From a virus (Duplodnaviria > Caudoviricetes), in IMG/VR virus record IMGVR_UViG_3300048606_000166, positions 1 to 64,000 of that record: DNA of 64,000 nt. One strand, 5' to 3'. This document shows positions 26,435 through 35,007 of the stretch, in pieces. Position 1 is the first letter of the stretch; every line of letters begins with the position of its first letter. The position numbers were made by a program, and so were the translations under genes. The notes beneath the pieces are model-generated. The model was not told the origin of the DNA, did no database searches, and was given only the letters and a program-made list of their open reading frames with translations.

Positions 26435-26545
26435 ACTGCCCAACGCTACCGGCCGTTAGCGCCGACTCCACCCCCGGGACCGTACGATGCCTTTCCGGTT
26501 GACGCGGTGTGCAATTCGGCCCAGCCGCGCCCACGGCGCGCCGTG

Positions 26546-26577
26546 AACCTATCGGCAAAGAGCCGTGCATCCGTCAA
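26546..26577 (-). promoter_or_regulatory. Late-type promoter candidate upstream of the hydrolase pair
   Basis: GATAGGTTC element shared with other late promoters; TTGACG lies 20 nt upstream (non-canonical spacing). Confidence 0.45.
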
Positions 26578-26629
26578 CTTAAGGGCCGCTTTTCGTCGGA
26601 TCCTTTTTGCCCAATTCGCCCCATAGAGG

Positions 26630-26728
26630 TCAGTTTGACGATTTGGTCAATTCGCGAATGCCGTCGGCCGCGATCGCGATGAGCCCGGCGACAACGACCG
26701 CGAACCATATCCACTCGAAAGCGCTCAT
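26630..26728 (-). CDS. 32-aa single-TM peptide
   Basis: MSAFEWIWFAVVVAGLIAIAADG; ATGA-coupled to upstream gene. Confidence 0.5.
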   Translation of the reverse strand: MSAFEWIWFAVVVAGLIAIAADGIRELTKSSN

Positions 26729-27063
26729 TCGCGGTCGCCCGGCCGCGCTGGCGGCGAGGGCGCGTCCGGGCCGATGAGCTCCGTCCAGAATTCTTTCATG
26801 AGCTCTCGGTTCTCGGTCTGAAGCCGAAGACGCGTCGCCAGCATCGCCGGCATCCACCCGCGCACGTGAAGGCCCTCGGCAAAGCCCGAGATAAAGGAGG
26901 AGCCGTAGCCCATGGCGCCGTCGAGACGAAGCTCGACCGCGTCCTCGCTCGCGAGCGCGAGGTGGACGCGGTGAGCGAGCGCCTCGCCCGAGAACGGCCC
27001 GTCGCCGAAGAGACGGCCGGCCGGGTGCGGCGAAAAGTCTGTGGCCACATCGATGCTCTTCAT
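26725..27063 (-). CDS. STAS-like domain protein (DUF4325-like)
   Basis: I.VA.DFS..P.GR...DGP.SGE...LDG..GYGSSF. Confidence 0.75.
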   Translation of the reverse strand: MKSIDVATDFSPHPAGRLFGDGPFSGEALAHRVHLALASEDAVELRLDGAMGYGSSFISGFAEGLHVRGWMPAMLATRLRLQTENRELMKEFWTELIGPDAPSPPARPGDRE

Positions 27064-27353
27064 GGCTTGCCTCCGCAAATGCGCGCGAGCTGGCGCGCGC
27101 TCTCGTCGTCGCTTTCGCGGTTCAGGCGCAGGCGCTCCCCGGCCCGGATGTCGCGGATGATCTCGGCCGTCTGAAGGACCACAAGGACGCGGCCGACGCT
27201 GCCCCCGGGCGTTTTCTGCATCGCCTCAATGGTGCCGACCAGTTGGACGGCGAGGTCCTCGTCGCTCGCCTCTGCGCAAAGCTCCGCCATCTTCGCACGG
27301 CGTTCGGGCGTGCCCACCTCCGGGAATTGCTCGGTGGGTTTCCTTGTCGTCAT
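27060..27353 (-). CDS. Hypothetical protein
   Basis: ATGA-coupled at both ends. Confidence 0.6.
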   Translation of the reverse strand: MTTRKPTEQFPEVGTPERRAKMAELCAEASDEDLAVQLVGTIEAMQKTPGGSVGRVLVVLQTAEIIRDIRAGERLRLNRESDDESARQLARICGGKP

Positions 27354-27544
27354 GGCGTTTTGATGAGGATGCGATCGCCAACGAGTGAGACGTCGCAGGT
27401 GACGCCGGCGTCACTCGCCATCTGTTGAAGGATCTCGACGCGGCGAGCCGGGGAGAACGGCGCGAGCATGGTTGCGAGCCGCCGGATGGAGCGTAGGGTC
27501 TCCGGGCTCGGAGCCTTTCCAAGCTGGTGACGGCAGCAAAGCAT
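27350..27544 (-). CDS. Hypothetical protein
   Basis: TAATG overlap with upstream gene; ATGA with downstream gene. Confidence 0.55.
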   Translation of the reverse strand: MLCCRHQLGKAPSPETLRSIRRLATMLAPFSPARRVEILQQMASDAGVTCDVSLVGDRILIKTP

Positions 27545-27879
27545 TACCTCGTGCACCCATTCTGCCGCGCCGCCTCGGTCGCCGCGCAATTGGGGTCGTT
27601 CTCGATGCGAAGGATGCAGATCTCGTGCATCGAGATCGCCTGCGCGTTCGCGTTGCGGCAGACGTCGGCCCATGTCCCTCCCCCCCTCGGCTCGGGCGGG
27701 GGGCACCGGAGCTCGATCATGTGCTCATAGGCGCGGAGGCAAAGATCCGCGCCCGCCTCCATCGGCGTCGGCGTCGGCGGCCGCGGCCGCTCGGGAGGCG
27801 GACCCGGACCGGGGGCAGGAGAAACGACGCAACCGGATAGAGCGAGCGCCAGAGCCACGACGGCAAGCGGCTTGTGCAT
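27544..27879 (-). CDS. Pro-rich lipoprotein (o-spanin-like candidate)
   Basis: Lipobox LALSG-C, Pro-rich linker, Cys-containing C-terminus. Confidence 0.65.
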   Translation of the reverse strand: MHKPLAVVALALALSGCVVSPAPGPGPPPERPRPPTPTPMEAGADLCLRAYEHMIELRCPPPEPRGGGTWADVCRNANAQAISMHEICILRIENDPNCAATEAARQNGCTR

Positions 27880-27886
27880 GCGGGCC

Positions 27887-28774
27887 TCACTGGAAAATGG
27901 GGACGTGCTCGATGATGGAAACGTGGCTGACCATGGGCGAGCAGAAGAGCTCGGCGGTGAGGATGCCGTAGCCGTCGAAGCCCCAGTCGAGCCACCAGTT
28001 ATCGACCTGCACGAGCGTCGGCATCGCCGGAAAGCCCTGCACGATTGGACGCCAGATCTTGGCGACTGTCTGCATGTGACCGCCGATGATGGCGCCCGGG
28101 TCGACCGCCTCGATCGGGCTCTCGCCGACGTGCTCTTCGTAAGCGTGATCGACCTGGATGCCGAACTCGACCGGGAGGCGCCGCCGCATCGCCGCCGCGG
28201 CTATGACGAGCCGCTCAGGGCCGAGGGGATCGATGCGCGCGTATTTGAGCCCGCGTTGGCTGAAGGCGGTGACGTACAGATCGCCGGGCGGCTGCTGCTT
28301 GATGAACTTCGCATCGTCGGAGTAGGGATATTGGTCCCACGGAATAAAGCCGAGCTCCTCTTCGCTCATGAGGAGGTTCACGGGCTGACACCCGACGTCC
28401 TCCGGCAGTGGCAGCGTCTCGAGGTCGACGCCGCGCGTCCCGTCGTCGCGCGCGATGCCGAGGTAGCGAGCGACGAGCGCGCGCCGCCGCGCGTTCCAAT
28501 AGCTGAAACCGGGAGCGCCGAGCGGCTGGTCCTCGATGCCGTTCGCCTCGTAGAAGAGATTGCGCGAGCGTGTACGCGCGAAGGCGACGCACGCGCCGGC
28601 GTTGCCCTGGTAGATGCGCGGCCCCCGAAATGGCGTGTGGTCGGCCCTCTCGAGCAGGCGGAAGGTCGGAAGACGAAGCCGACCGAAGAGCTCCTCGGGC
28701 GGCGGGTGCACGACGCCCAGCGGATCCGCCTCGAATCCGCGGCCGCGCCCAGGGAGCTCGCGAATGGTCGGCAT
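27887..28774 (-). CDS. Papain-like (C1A-type) cysteine peptidase
   Basis: QGNAGACVAFA (Gln, Cys), GGHMQ (His), DNWW...WGFDGY (Asn); start probably at MPTIREL. Confidence 0.8.
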   Translation of the reverse strand: MPTIRELPGRGRGFEADPLGVVHPPPEELFGRLRLPTFRLLERADHTPFRGPRIYQGNAGACVAFARTRSRNLFYEANGIEDQPLGAPGFSYWNARRRALVARYLGIARDDGTRGVDLETLPLPEDVGCQPVNLLMSEEELGFIPWDQYPYSDDAKFIKQQPPGDLYVTAFSQRGLKYARIDPLGPERLVIAAAAMRRRLPVEFGIQVDHAYEEHVGESPIEAVDPGAIIGGHMQTVAKIWRPIVQGFPAMPTLVQVDNWWLDWGFDGYGILTAELFCSPMVSHVSIIEHVPIFQ

Positions 28775-28775
28775 C

Positions 28776-29723
28776 TTACGGTGAGCGCGCAAAGGAGAGC
28801 GCGAGCGGCGGCGGTATGGTCGGCGCGCGGTAGCCGCCCACGGTTGCGGCGAAGGTGCCGTCCGGCTGCGTCACACCGAACTCGGTGAGAAGCGCTTGCA
28901 GCTCGGTCCATGCCTTCTGGAAATTGGTGAAGGCGGCCGCGGTCTGGTTGTCCGAAAGCGCCTCTGCCCCGTGCGCCGTCCGGATGGCCACGCCGACCGC
29001 GAGGCGCGACCGATCGATGGCTTGCTGGATCTTGGCGTGCGCCTCGGGCGGCTTGGTGCTCGGCGTCTGCGCGAAGAACACATTGACCGCTGCCTGCACG
29101 ATGTCGAGCACGAGCTGCGCGTCGTCGATGCCGGCCGCGATCTTCGAGAGGGCGGGCCCCGCGCTCCGGAAGCACCCGAGCGGCGTGAGCGCGAGCGCTG
29201 CTGCAAAGACGAGCATCATGGTCGACCCTGGGGGCCGGCGCCGATCGCCCGGCGGGCGAATGCCGGAGCGCTGCGCCCGGCGCATGTCGCCGCCGAGCGG
29301 GCCCGAGCCGACGACGCCCCCGGCGCCGTTCGGCGCGCCCGGCTTCATGAGAAACGGAAGCGGGATCTCTTTGCCGCTCCGGAGCTTCTCAACGAAGACG
29401 CGGTGAGCGAGCACGGGAAGCGACGCCGACATCGCAAAGTTCATCACCGCCTGGACCCACGTTCCGCCGGCCACGAATTTCGTGAGGCATCCGGCCGCAA
29501 AGGCGAGCCCGAAGGCGAGCGGCTTGCGGTAGCGATGCGGCAAACACCCTGGGATCTTCGTGTCCGCTTTCAGGGCGCGCACGATGAGCCACACCCAGAC
29601 CGGCGCGAGCGTGAGAAGCGTCTGCGGCTTCGATGGGTCAACCGGGCCGAGCAGCTCGAGCGCGGGCGAGAAGATGTCGCCGACGGTTTCTTGCAGGGCG
29701 ATGCAGAGCGCTTGGAATCTCAT
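28776..29723 (-). CDS. Holin-like membrane protein fused to a lipobox-bearing helical domain
   Basis: About three hydrophobic segments in the N-terminal ~125 aa, then MMLVFAAALALTPLG-C and an amphipathic helical domain. Confidence 0.55.
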   Translation of the reverse strand: MRFQALCIALQETVGDIFSPALELLGPVDPSKPQTLLTLAPVWVWLIVRALKADTKIPGCLPHRYRKPLAFGLAFAAGCLTKFVAGGTWVQAVMNFAMSASLPVLAHRVFVEKLRSGKEIPLPFLMKPGAPNGAGGVVGSGPLGGDMRRAQRSGIRPPGDRRRPPGSTMMLVFAAALALTPLGCFRSAGPALSKIAAGIDDAQLVLDIVQAAVNVFFAQTPSTKPPEAHAKIQQAIDRSRLAVGVAIRTAHGAEALSDNQTAAAFTNFQKAWTELQALLTEFGVTQPDGTFAATVGGYRAPTIPPPLALSFARSP

Positions 29724-29730
29724 GCCTCGG

Positions 29731-29759
29731 AACCTATCGAGCGAGAGCCGCGCGCACAA
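29731..29759 (-). promoter_or_regulatory. Late-type promoter (leaderless) for the holin-like gene
   Basis: TTGTGC-17-TAGGTT, ATG 7 nt downstream. Confidence 0.55.
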
Positions 29760-29906
29760 ACCGCCCGGGCGCCGCTTGGCGGCTAGCGGTTGGTAACGTC
29801 CGATTTGCCTCGAGGGCGTCGGAATAGTTTCCCGCGTACGCGCGGGCGGCCAAGACGCCGAAGCCCTCGGGGCCCCTTGGCTATCGCTCGCTGATGATGT
29901 CCTCAC

Positions 29907-30617
29907 TCAGTGACGACCTTCCGCCTTGGCTTTTGGCCCGAGCGAGGCGGGCGGTGTTTGCTTCCGAAAGCGGGTGAGCTCTCCATGGACATGCCTATTG
30001 ATTTCGTCCTGCTTGTCCCAGTTGTCCCCGGCTTGCGCGCCAGCGTCGGCGACTTCCGCCCGCAAGGCGCCGACGTCCGCCTGGTCGGCCTTGGATTTGA
30101 CGAGCTCGCCGCACGCCTTGAATTTGGCGTCGAGCTCCTCTGCGCTCGGCCTCGTCGCATACCAGCGGTAGGCCGCCTCGCCCCCCTTGTACAGCGCGGT
30201 CGCGACGCCCGTGAGAGCCCCGCCGATGCCGACGACCGCGATCACGATCTTCTGCGCGTGCCCGAGCGTCTCGGCCCAGTCCTTGACCTGCTGGGTCCAG
30301 GTGCGCCGCGGCCGTATGGTCATGTCCGGCCCGAGCTCGACCATGCGCGCGCGCGCGAACCGAGGGACGCTCGTCTCGACCTCCGGTGGATCGCTCTCGC
30401 TCTCGGGCGGCTCGCTTTCAGGCGGCGGCTCGCTCGGCGGATCGCTAAGCGGCATCGCCTCGCCGGCGACGTAGGCACGCACCATCTCGGCCCGCTTCTC
30501 GTCGAGCCTCGGGCGCGACCGGTCCGGCCGGGGCGGTGGTGGCGGCGGCTGGATGCGCGGACGGGTTTCTCGAAACGGATCGGGTCCCGCCGGCGGCCGC
30601 TTGGGTCGGTCAGCCAT
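29907..30617 (-). CDS. Single-TM protein with C-terminal coiled coil (i-spanin-like candidate)
   Basis: IVIAVVGIGGALTGVATALY TM; helical C-terminus; Pro-rich N-terminus; GGGAG RBS. Confidence 0.6.
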   Translation of the reverse strand: MADRPKRPPAGPDPFRETRPRIQPPPPPPRPDRSRPRLDEKRAEMVRAYVAGEAMPLSDPPSEPPPESEPPESESDPPEVETSVPRFARARMVELGPDMTIRPRRTWTQQVKDWAETLGHAQKIVIAVVGIGGALTGVATALYKGGEAAYRWYATRPSAEELDAKFKACGELVKSKADQADVGALRAEVADAGAQAGDNWDKQDEINRHVHGELTRFRKQTPPASLGPKAKAEGRH

Positions 30618-30645
30618 ACGGCAGACGATACAGCTCCCTTACCGG

Positions 30646-31263
30646 CTACGCTTCCACACCCCAGCAGACGACGCGCAGTTCCCCCGCAGTGCAAGGATTC
30701 GTGGCGTGGGTATTATAGACTGAGAAGCTCATTTGAGTGAATGGCAGCCCCCCCGCACTCACGTTGAGTGAATTGACGCCAAGTGGGATAGGCGTCAACG
30801 GAGCGTTCGATTGGGCATGGTTGAGGGAGCTCACGACGAAGCGCGCACCAGTCGAGAGCGTTACGTTCGTTGAGGTCCAGATGGTTGAGAGGTCTGTATC
30901 GGGAGGGCTGCTCGCATTAAGGCCGAACTGCACATTCACGATGCCCGCCGGAGGCTCGACGCCGAGGTACGAATTTCCGCCAATGACGCAGACACCGATC
31001 GGTAGGAAGAATTGCCGAATCGCCTGCAGCGTGATCGCATCATAGAAGAGCATCAGTTCGCACGACCAGAGGGACATCGGGTCGACCGCAGGAACAACGA
31101 CATCTGCCGTGAGTACAACGAGCCCACCCACATTGGTGAGCGGTCGGGGCGGCGGCATAGCGACGCCGTCGCCCACGCGCCCGTATCCCTGAAAGTTCGG
31201 TTGACCGCTATCCATAAACCAGCGGTAGTCGTCCTCTTTGCCGCCCCTCGTTCGTCGACTCAT
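30646..31263 (-). CDS. Hypothetical beta-rich protein, lower GC
   Basis: 205 aa ORF with GGGG RBS; visibly more A/T-rich than neighbours. Confidence 0.65.
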   Translation of the reverse strand: MSRRTRGGKEDDYRWFMDSGQPNFQGYGRVGDGVAMPPPRPLTNVGGLVVLTADVVVPAVDPMSLWSCELMLFYDAITLQAIRQFFLPIGVCVIGGNSYLGVEPPAGIVNVQFGLNASSPPDTDLSTIWTSTNVTLSTGARFVVSSLNHAQSNAPLTPIPLGVNSLNVSAGGLPFTQMSFSVYNTHATNPCTAGELRVVCWGVEA

Positions 31264-31272
31264 CGGCCCCCC

Positions 31273-32343
31273 CTAGATGCGCGCCGCCGCGCTCCACACT
31301 ATCTCGGTCGCGCTGAGCGGGCGGCCGACGTAGAAATCCCACGTGTCGGCGTTTTCGTTGCCCGGCTGCAGGTATTGATCGCTGCCGTCGAACCGGCTCA
31401 AGATGCCGCCGGTCGCGCTGATGGCGAGCTTTTGCAGGTTGCTGTAGGCCGTTCGCTTGATCGCGATGCGGTACTCGGCCCCGAACCGGAAGGTGCCCGC
31501 GTTGAAGTTCAGGGTGAGCGTGCTCGAGACGCCCGTGTAGGTCGAGCAGTCGAAGATCCGGTACATCGAATTCCACGAGAGGTTCTGGGTCGCGAGCGCG
31601 CCCGAGCCCGTGATGTTCGACGTGGTCGCGTTGTATTTCAGGGTATCGACCGAGATGTCGGTGAAGGCCTGCAGCGAGTTCCAGATGTGGGGATTGGCAA
31701 GGCCGAGGACGTGGTTATTGAGGAGCCCGAGCATGGCCGAAATCGCGCCAATCGGGTTACCCGCCCGGATCGACGCCGGCACGCCGGCGATTGCAAAGAC
31801 GTCCTGCCGGCGCGTCACCGCGATGTCGGCGGCCAGGATCTCCGTCTGCCCGTAGCTGCGGGTGACGTCCGCCAAAAGGACACAGTAGACATCGGGCGGG
31901 CCGGGGGCCGTCGGTGAGAGCGACTCGCCCCCCTGCACAACGCGGAAGGTAAAGGTTTCGTTGCGCTCGAAGTAGACCGTGTCGGTATTGCCGTCGATGC
32001 GAGGATCGGAAAGGACCCGGTCGGCCTTGATGAAGATGGCGACCTTTTTGAGGTTGCCCGGCGTCACGACCGCGGTCGACGAGCCGAGGTAATCGGTCGT
32101 GAGGGGAAGGACGAGCCCGCTCGTGACGCGGATGCGCTGGCCAAAGGCGTCGTAGGCGACCCCTGCCCCGATGTCGACCGAGATGTTCTGCGGCGTGTGC
32201 TCGACCACGCCGAGGCCGGCGACCACACCGTAGATCGCCAGATCGCTCATGATGGCGCGATCGGCGAGCTCCGCCTGCTCGAAACCATCGTCGAGCTCGG
32301 ATTCGGAAAGCGGCTGCAGGTAGTAGTAGTCGCGTCGGTTCAT
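31273..32343 (-). CDS. Tail fibre / baseplate-attached fibre protein
   Basis: Follows the tail-I-like gene; N-terminal GVVAGLGV.E...ISVDIGAGVAYD.FGQRI baseplate-anchor pattern. Confidence 0.65.
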   Translation of the reverse strand: MNRRDYYYLQPLSESELDDGFEQAELADRAIMSDLAIYGVVAGLGVVEHTPQNISVDIGAGVAYDAFGQRIRVTSGLVLPLTTDYLGSSTAVVTPGNLKKVAIFIKADRVLSDPRIDGNTDTVYFERNETFTFRVVQGGESLSPTAPGPPDVYCVLLADVTRSYGQTEILAADIAVTRRQDVFAIAGVPASIRAGNPIGAISAMLGLLNNHVLGLANPHIWNSLQAFTDISVDTLKYNATTSNITGSGALATQNLSWNSMYRIFDCSTYTGVSSTLTLNFNAGTFRFGAEYRIAIKRTAYSNLQKLAISATGGILSRFDGSDQYLQPGNENADTWDFYVGRPLSATEIVWSAAARI

Positions 32344-34265
32344 GGCTCCTCGATGCGCCAATGGCAGCGGCTGTCTTTCATGTAGTCGATGATCCTGTTC
32401 ATGCGGCTTCTCGTCGTGTCGTCGAGCGGCACGGGTGACTCGACGACGAAGGTATAGAGATCGGCCTGCCGGGTCGAACCGAGCACGAAAGTGCCCCCGA
32501 GGGTGCCGGTCCCGAGCGCCGTGCCCGATTGCACCGGCGTCGTGATGGTCACCTCGATGCTCAAAAAGAGCCGGATGGTATTGATGATGCCGGGATCGGT
32601 GCCCTTCTGCCGGTAGACGGGCACGAGCAAGGGGACGAGCCGGCGCTTATCGTTCAGCGAGAGCTCGAAGTCGAAGGGGTTGCCGAGATCGGCAAGCATC
32701 GCGTCGACGAAGGCCTCGGGCGCGACGTCCGAATCGAGGATGTCGGCCATCGAGTCGATTTCGTAAAGCTCGAGCTCCTCGACCTCCTGGATGATGCCGA
32801 GCAGCTTGTCGAGATCGCCGGTCTCGTCCTCGTCGATGTTCATCTGCGGCACGAGGTCTTTGACGTCGAACTCGCGCCCCGCTGGGATCGCCGGCTGGTA
32901 GCCGAGAAAAGACGCCGCGTTGGTCGGCGGGATCGCCGAGTTACCCCCCGGATCCTTGACCCACGCCGTCAGCGTGTAAACCGCCCGGGGGGTGAGCTCG
33001 ATGTCGGCCGTCACGTCGAACTCGCTTTCGGAGACCTTGGTGATGCTGGCGATCGCCGGCGTCACGGCGGGGAGCCGCGTCGCCTCCGGGTGCAGCGCGA
33101 GCTCCCAGCTGGCCGGGTTGAGCGCGTCGGCCGTACCCGCCTCGCTCTCGGAAAGCACGTCCTCGTCGAACGTCGCGCGGACTATTTTGAGGTTGCTGGC
33201 GACCGCGCTCGAGAGGACTGGCCCCGCCGTGTCGGCGACCGTGAAGGTGTAGGTCTCGTCGATGGTGAGGGGCGAGCCGGCGGTCGTTTGAGAGACGACC
33301 CGGACCGAGACGACCTGCTCGCTCTCGAGCAGGAATGTCGGGTCGATGGTGACGTGGAGGTTGCCCGCGCCGATGGTGTGACTCTCGGACCCAGGGCCAT
33401 CGAAGCCGGCCTGAAAGACGCCCCCGTCGAAGGCGAGCACGCCGTCGACATAGATCGCGGTTACGCCCGTCGCGATGCCGCTGCCGCCGACGTCGAGGAT
33501 CTCGAGCGCGATGTGGCCATCGGCCGGCGCGCCGGTGTCGTTCGGCTCGGGATCACGGTTGGCGAGCACCGGCGTGACGAGAGGCAGCCCGACGAGAACG
33601 ACCGAGTCGACGTACGCCGCCGGCAGTTCGAGATCGTAGTGGGCGACTTTCCAAGCGATGGATCCGTTGTTGGCCTCGATCGTCGTCGCCGCGCCGTTCA
33701 AGATCTTGACGCTCGTCGCCGAGACGAAATCGGTCACATGAAAGAGGCCGTTGTTCGCCGCCTGGGCGGCGCCGGAAACGAGGATCCCCCTGCCCCGCAT
33801 GGCGAGCGTCGCGCCGGTGAGGCCGATGAGCGTCGCCTTTTTCGTGAGCGCCTCGTAGCTGTTGACGGCAAGCGTCGTGCCGCTCTGGCCGCCGGTCAGG
33901 AGGAGCCGAAACGCGATGGCGTGGCTGCCCGAGAGGGCGGAGATGTCGGCCGCGAGATCGACGCGCGTGCGCGCGCGTTCGATGTTTTGCCCCGCGTACT
34001 CGACGCCATCGACGAGGATGGAAAAGCGCCAGACGAGCCCCGCCGGCAAGGGCGCGGGCGGCCGAAGCCGGAACGACCCCCGGATGAGATGCAGTCCCGT
34101 GAGGTCGCCGGTCTGCTCGACCTTCGCGAAGTCGCCGACGCGAACCGGCTCGACGACGCCCGCCGCGTCACTGCCAAGCAGAAAGACATAGCCCGGGCCT
34201 GCCCCCTCTGGGACGATGCGGCCTTCGGTCAGGCCGAGCTCGCCGGTCCATGCCGTGAGACCCAC
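32340..34265 (-). CDS. Phage tail protein I-like (baseplate wedge) with Ig-like domains
   Basis: C-terminal D.APEAFVDAML.DLG...KRRL...VYRQKGT..GI; N-terminal Ig-like modules. Confidence 0.72.
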   Translation of the reverse strand: MGLTAWTGELGLTEGRIVPEGAGPGYVFLLGSDAAGVVEPVRVGDFAKVEQTGDLTGLHLIRGSFRLRPPAPLPAGLVWRFSILVDGVEYAGQNIERARTRVDLAADISALSGSHAIAFRLLLTGGQSGTTLAVNSYEALTKKATLIGLTGATLAMRGRGILVSGAAQAANNGLFHVTDFVSATSVKILNGAATTIEANNGSIAWKVAHYDLELPAAYVDSVVLVGLPLVTPVLANRDPEPNDTGAPADGHIALEILDVGGSGIATGVTAIYVDGVLAFDGGVFQAGFDGPGSESHTIGAGNLHVTIDPTFLLESEQVVSVRVVSQTTAGSPLTIDETYTFTVADTAGPVLSSAVASNLKIVRATFDEDVLSESEAGTADALNPASWELALHPEATRLPAVTPAIASITKVSESEFDVTADIELTPRAVYTLTAWVKDPGGNSAIPPTNAASFLGYQPAIPAGREFDVKDLVPQMNIDEDETGDLDKLLGIIQEVEELELYEIDSMADILDSDVAPEAFVDAMLADLGNPFDFELSLNDKRRLVPLLVPVYRQKGTDPGIINTIRLFLSIEVTITTPVQSGTALGTGTLGGTFVLGSTRQADLYTFVVESPVPLDDTTRSRMNRIIDYMKDSRCHWRIEEP

Positions 34266-34268
34266 GGG

Positions 34269-34994
34269 TTAAAGCTGCCTGTCGACGGTCAGGTGGTCCC
34301 AGTAGGCGCGCCGCGAGACGTCCGACACCTGCATGCCGAAGCCGACGCGGCCCGAGGTGAGAGGCAAGGTGCCGCTATTGACGCCCATCGCGTCGTCAAT
34401 GAAGGCCGTCGCCTCGAGCCCGTTCGGATAGTCGCTCATCCCCGGGATCTTGACCCACGCGGGCGTGATGACCGGATTGGCGGTGAGCTCTGACCGGTAA
34501 GCGTTGATGACGACGTCGCCGCTCGTATTGACGACGACGTCGAGCCGGAGGTGCACCCAAGTTCCTTGGATGACGCTCGCCGTCGAGCGCGCGAGCACGC
34601 CCGACGAGCCCGGGGGCACATCGGGAATGCCGAGCGCGAGCTGCCCTTTTCGAAGCACGATGTGCGAGGGGTCGGCGTCGGAAAGCCCGAGGATGTAGGC
34701 GTTGTCGGTCACGGTGTTGCCGCCGAGCGCGAGGAAGATGAAGGGCGCGACGCCCGCCCCGCCAGCCGACGGCCCGCGCCGAATGGCCCCGGTGATGCGC
34801 CCGCCCTTCAGCATCGGATTGAAGTTCGGCAAGTCGACGTAGCGGCCGACGACGCCCGGGTTATTGAGAATGCTCGCCGCCCCGTAGACGAAGGACCCGC
34901 CGCCCGAAGCGGGCGTCGTTCCGCCGGTCACGCCCTGAAGGACGGAAGACGAGCCGAGCGCGTTGATGAGAGCTGCCCAATCAGAGGAGGCCAT
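34269..34994 (-). CDS. Hypothetical structural protein
   Basis: Beta-rich ORF within baseplate operon. Confidence 0.65.
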   Translation of the reverse strand: MASSDWAALINALGSSSVLQGVTGGTTPASGGGSFVYGAASILNNPGVVGRYVDLPNFNPMLKGGRITGAIRRGPSAGGAGVAPFIFLALGGNTVTDNAYILGLSDADPSHIVLRKGQLALGIPDVPPGSSGVLARSTASVIQGTWVHLRLDVVVNTSGDVVINAYRSELTANPVITPAWVKIPGMSDYPNGLEATAFIDDAMGVNSGTLPLTSGRVGFGMQVSDVSRRAYWDHLTVDRQL

Positions 34995-35007
34995 GGCGCG
35001 ATTCCTT

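Noticed and set aside
26435-26540. Possible c-di-GMP-I riboswitch in the SLT leader
   Set aside because: Has GGAAAGG and CTAA..GGTAGC fragments but lacks the GGCAAACC and GACGCAAAG core; kept only as a possibly structured leader
32529-34493. 654-aa + strand ORF, and similar long + strand ORFs across 28-63 kb
   Set aside because: Antisense shadows of motif-bearing minus-strand structural genes
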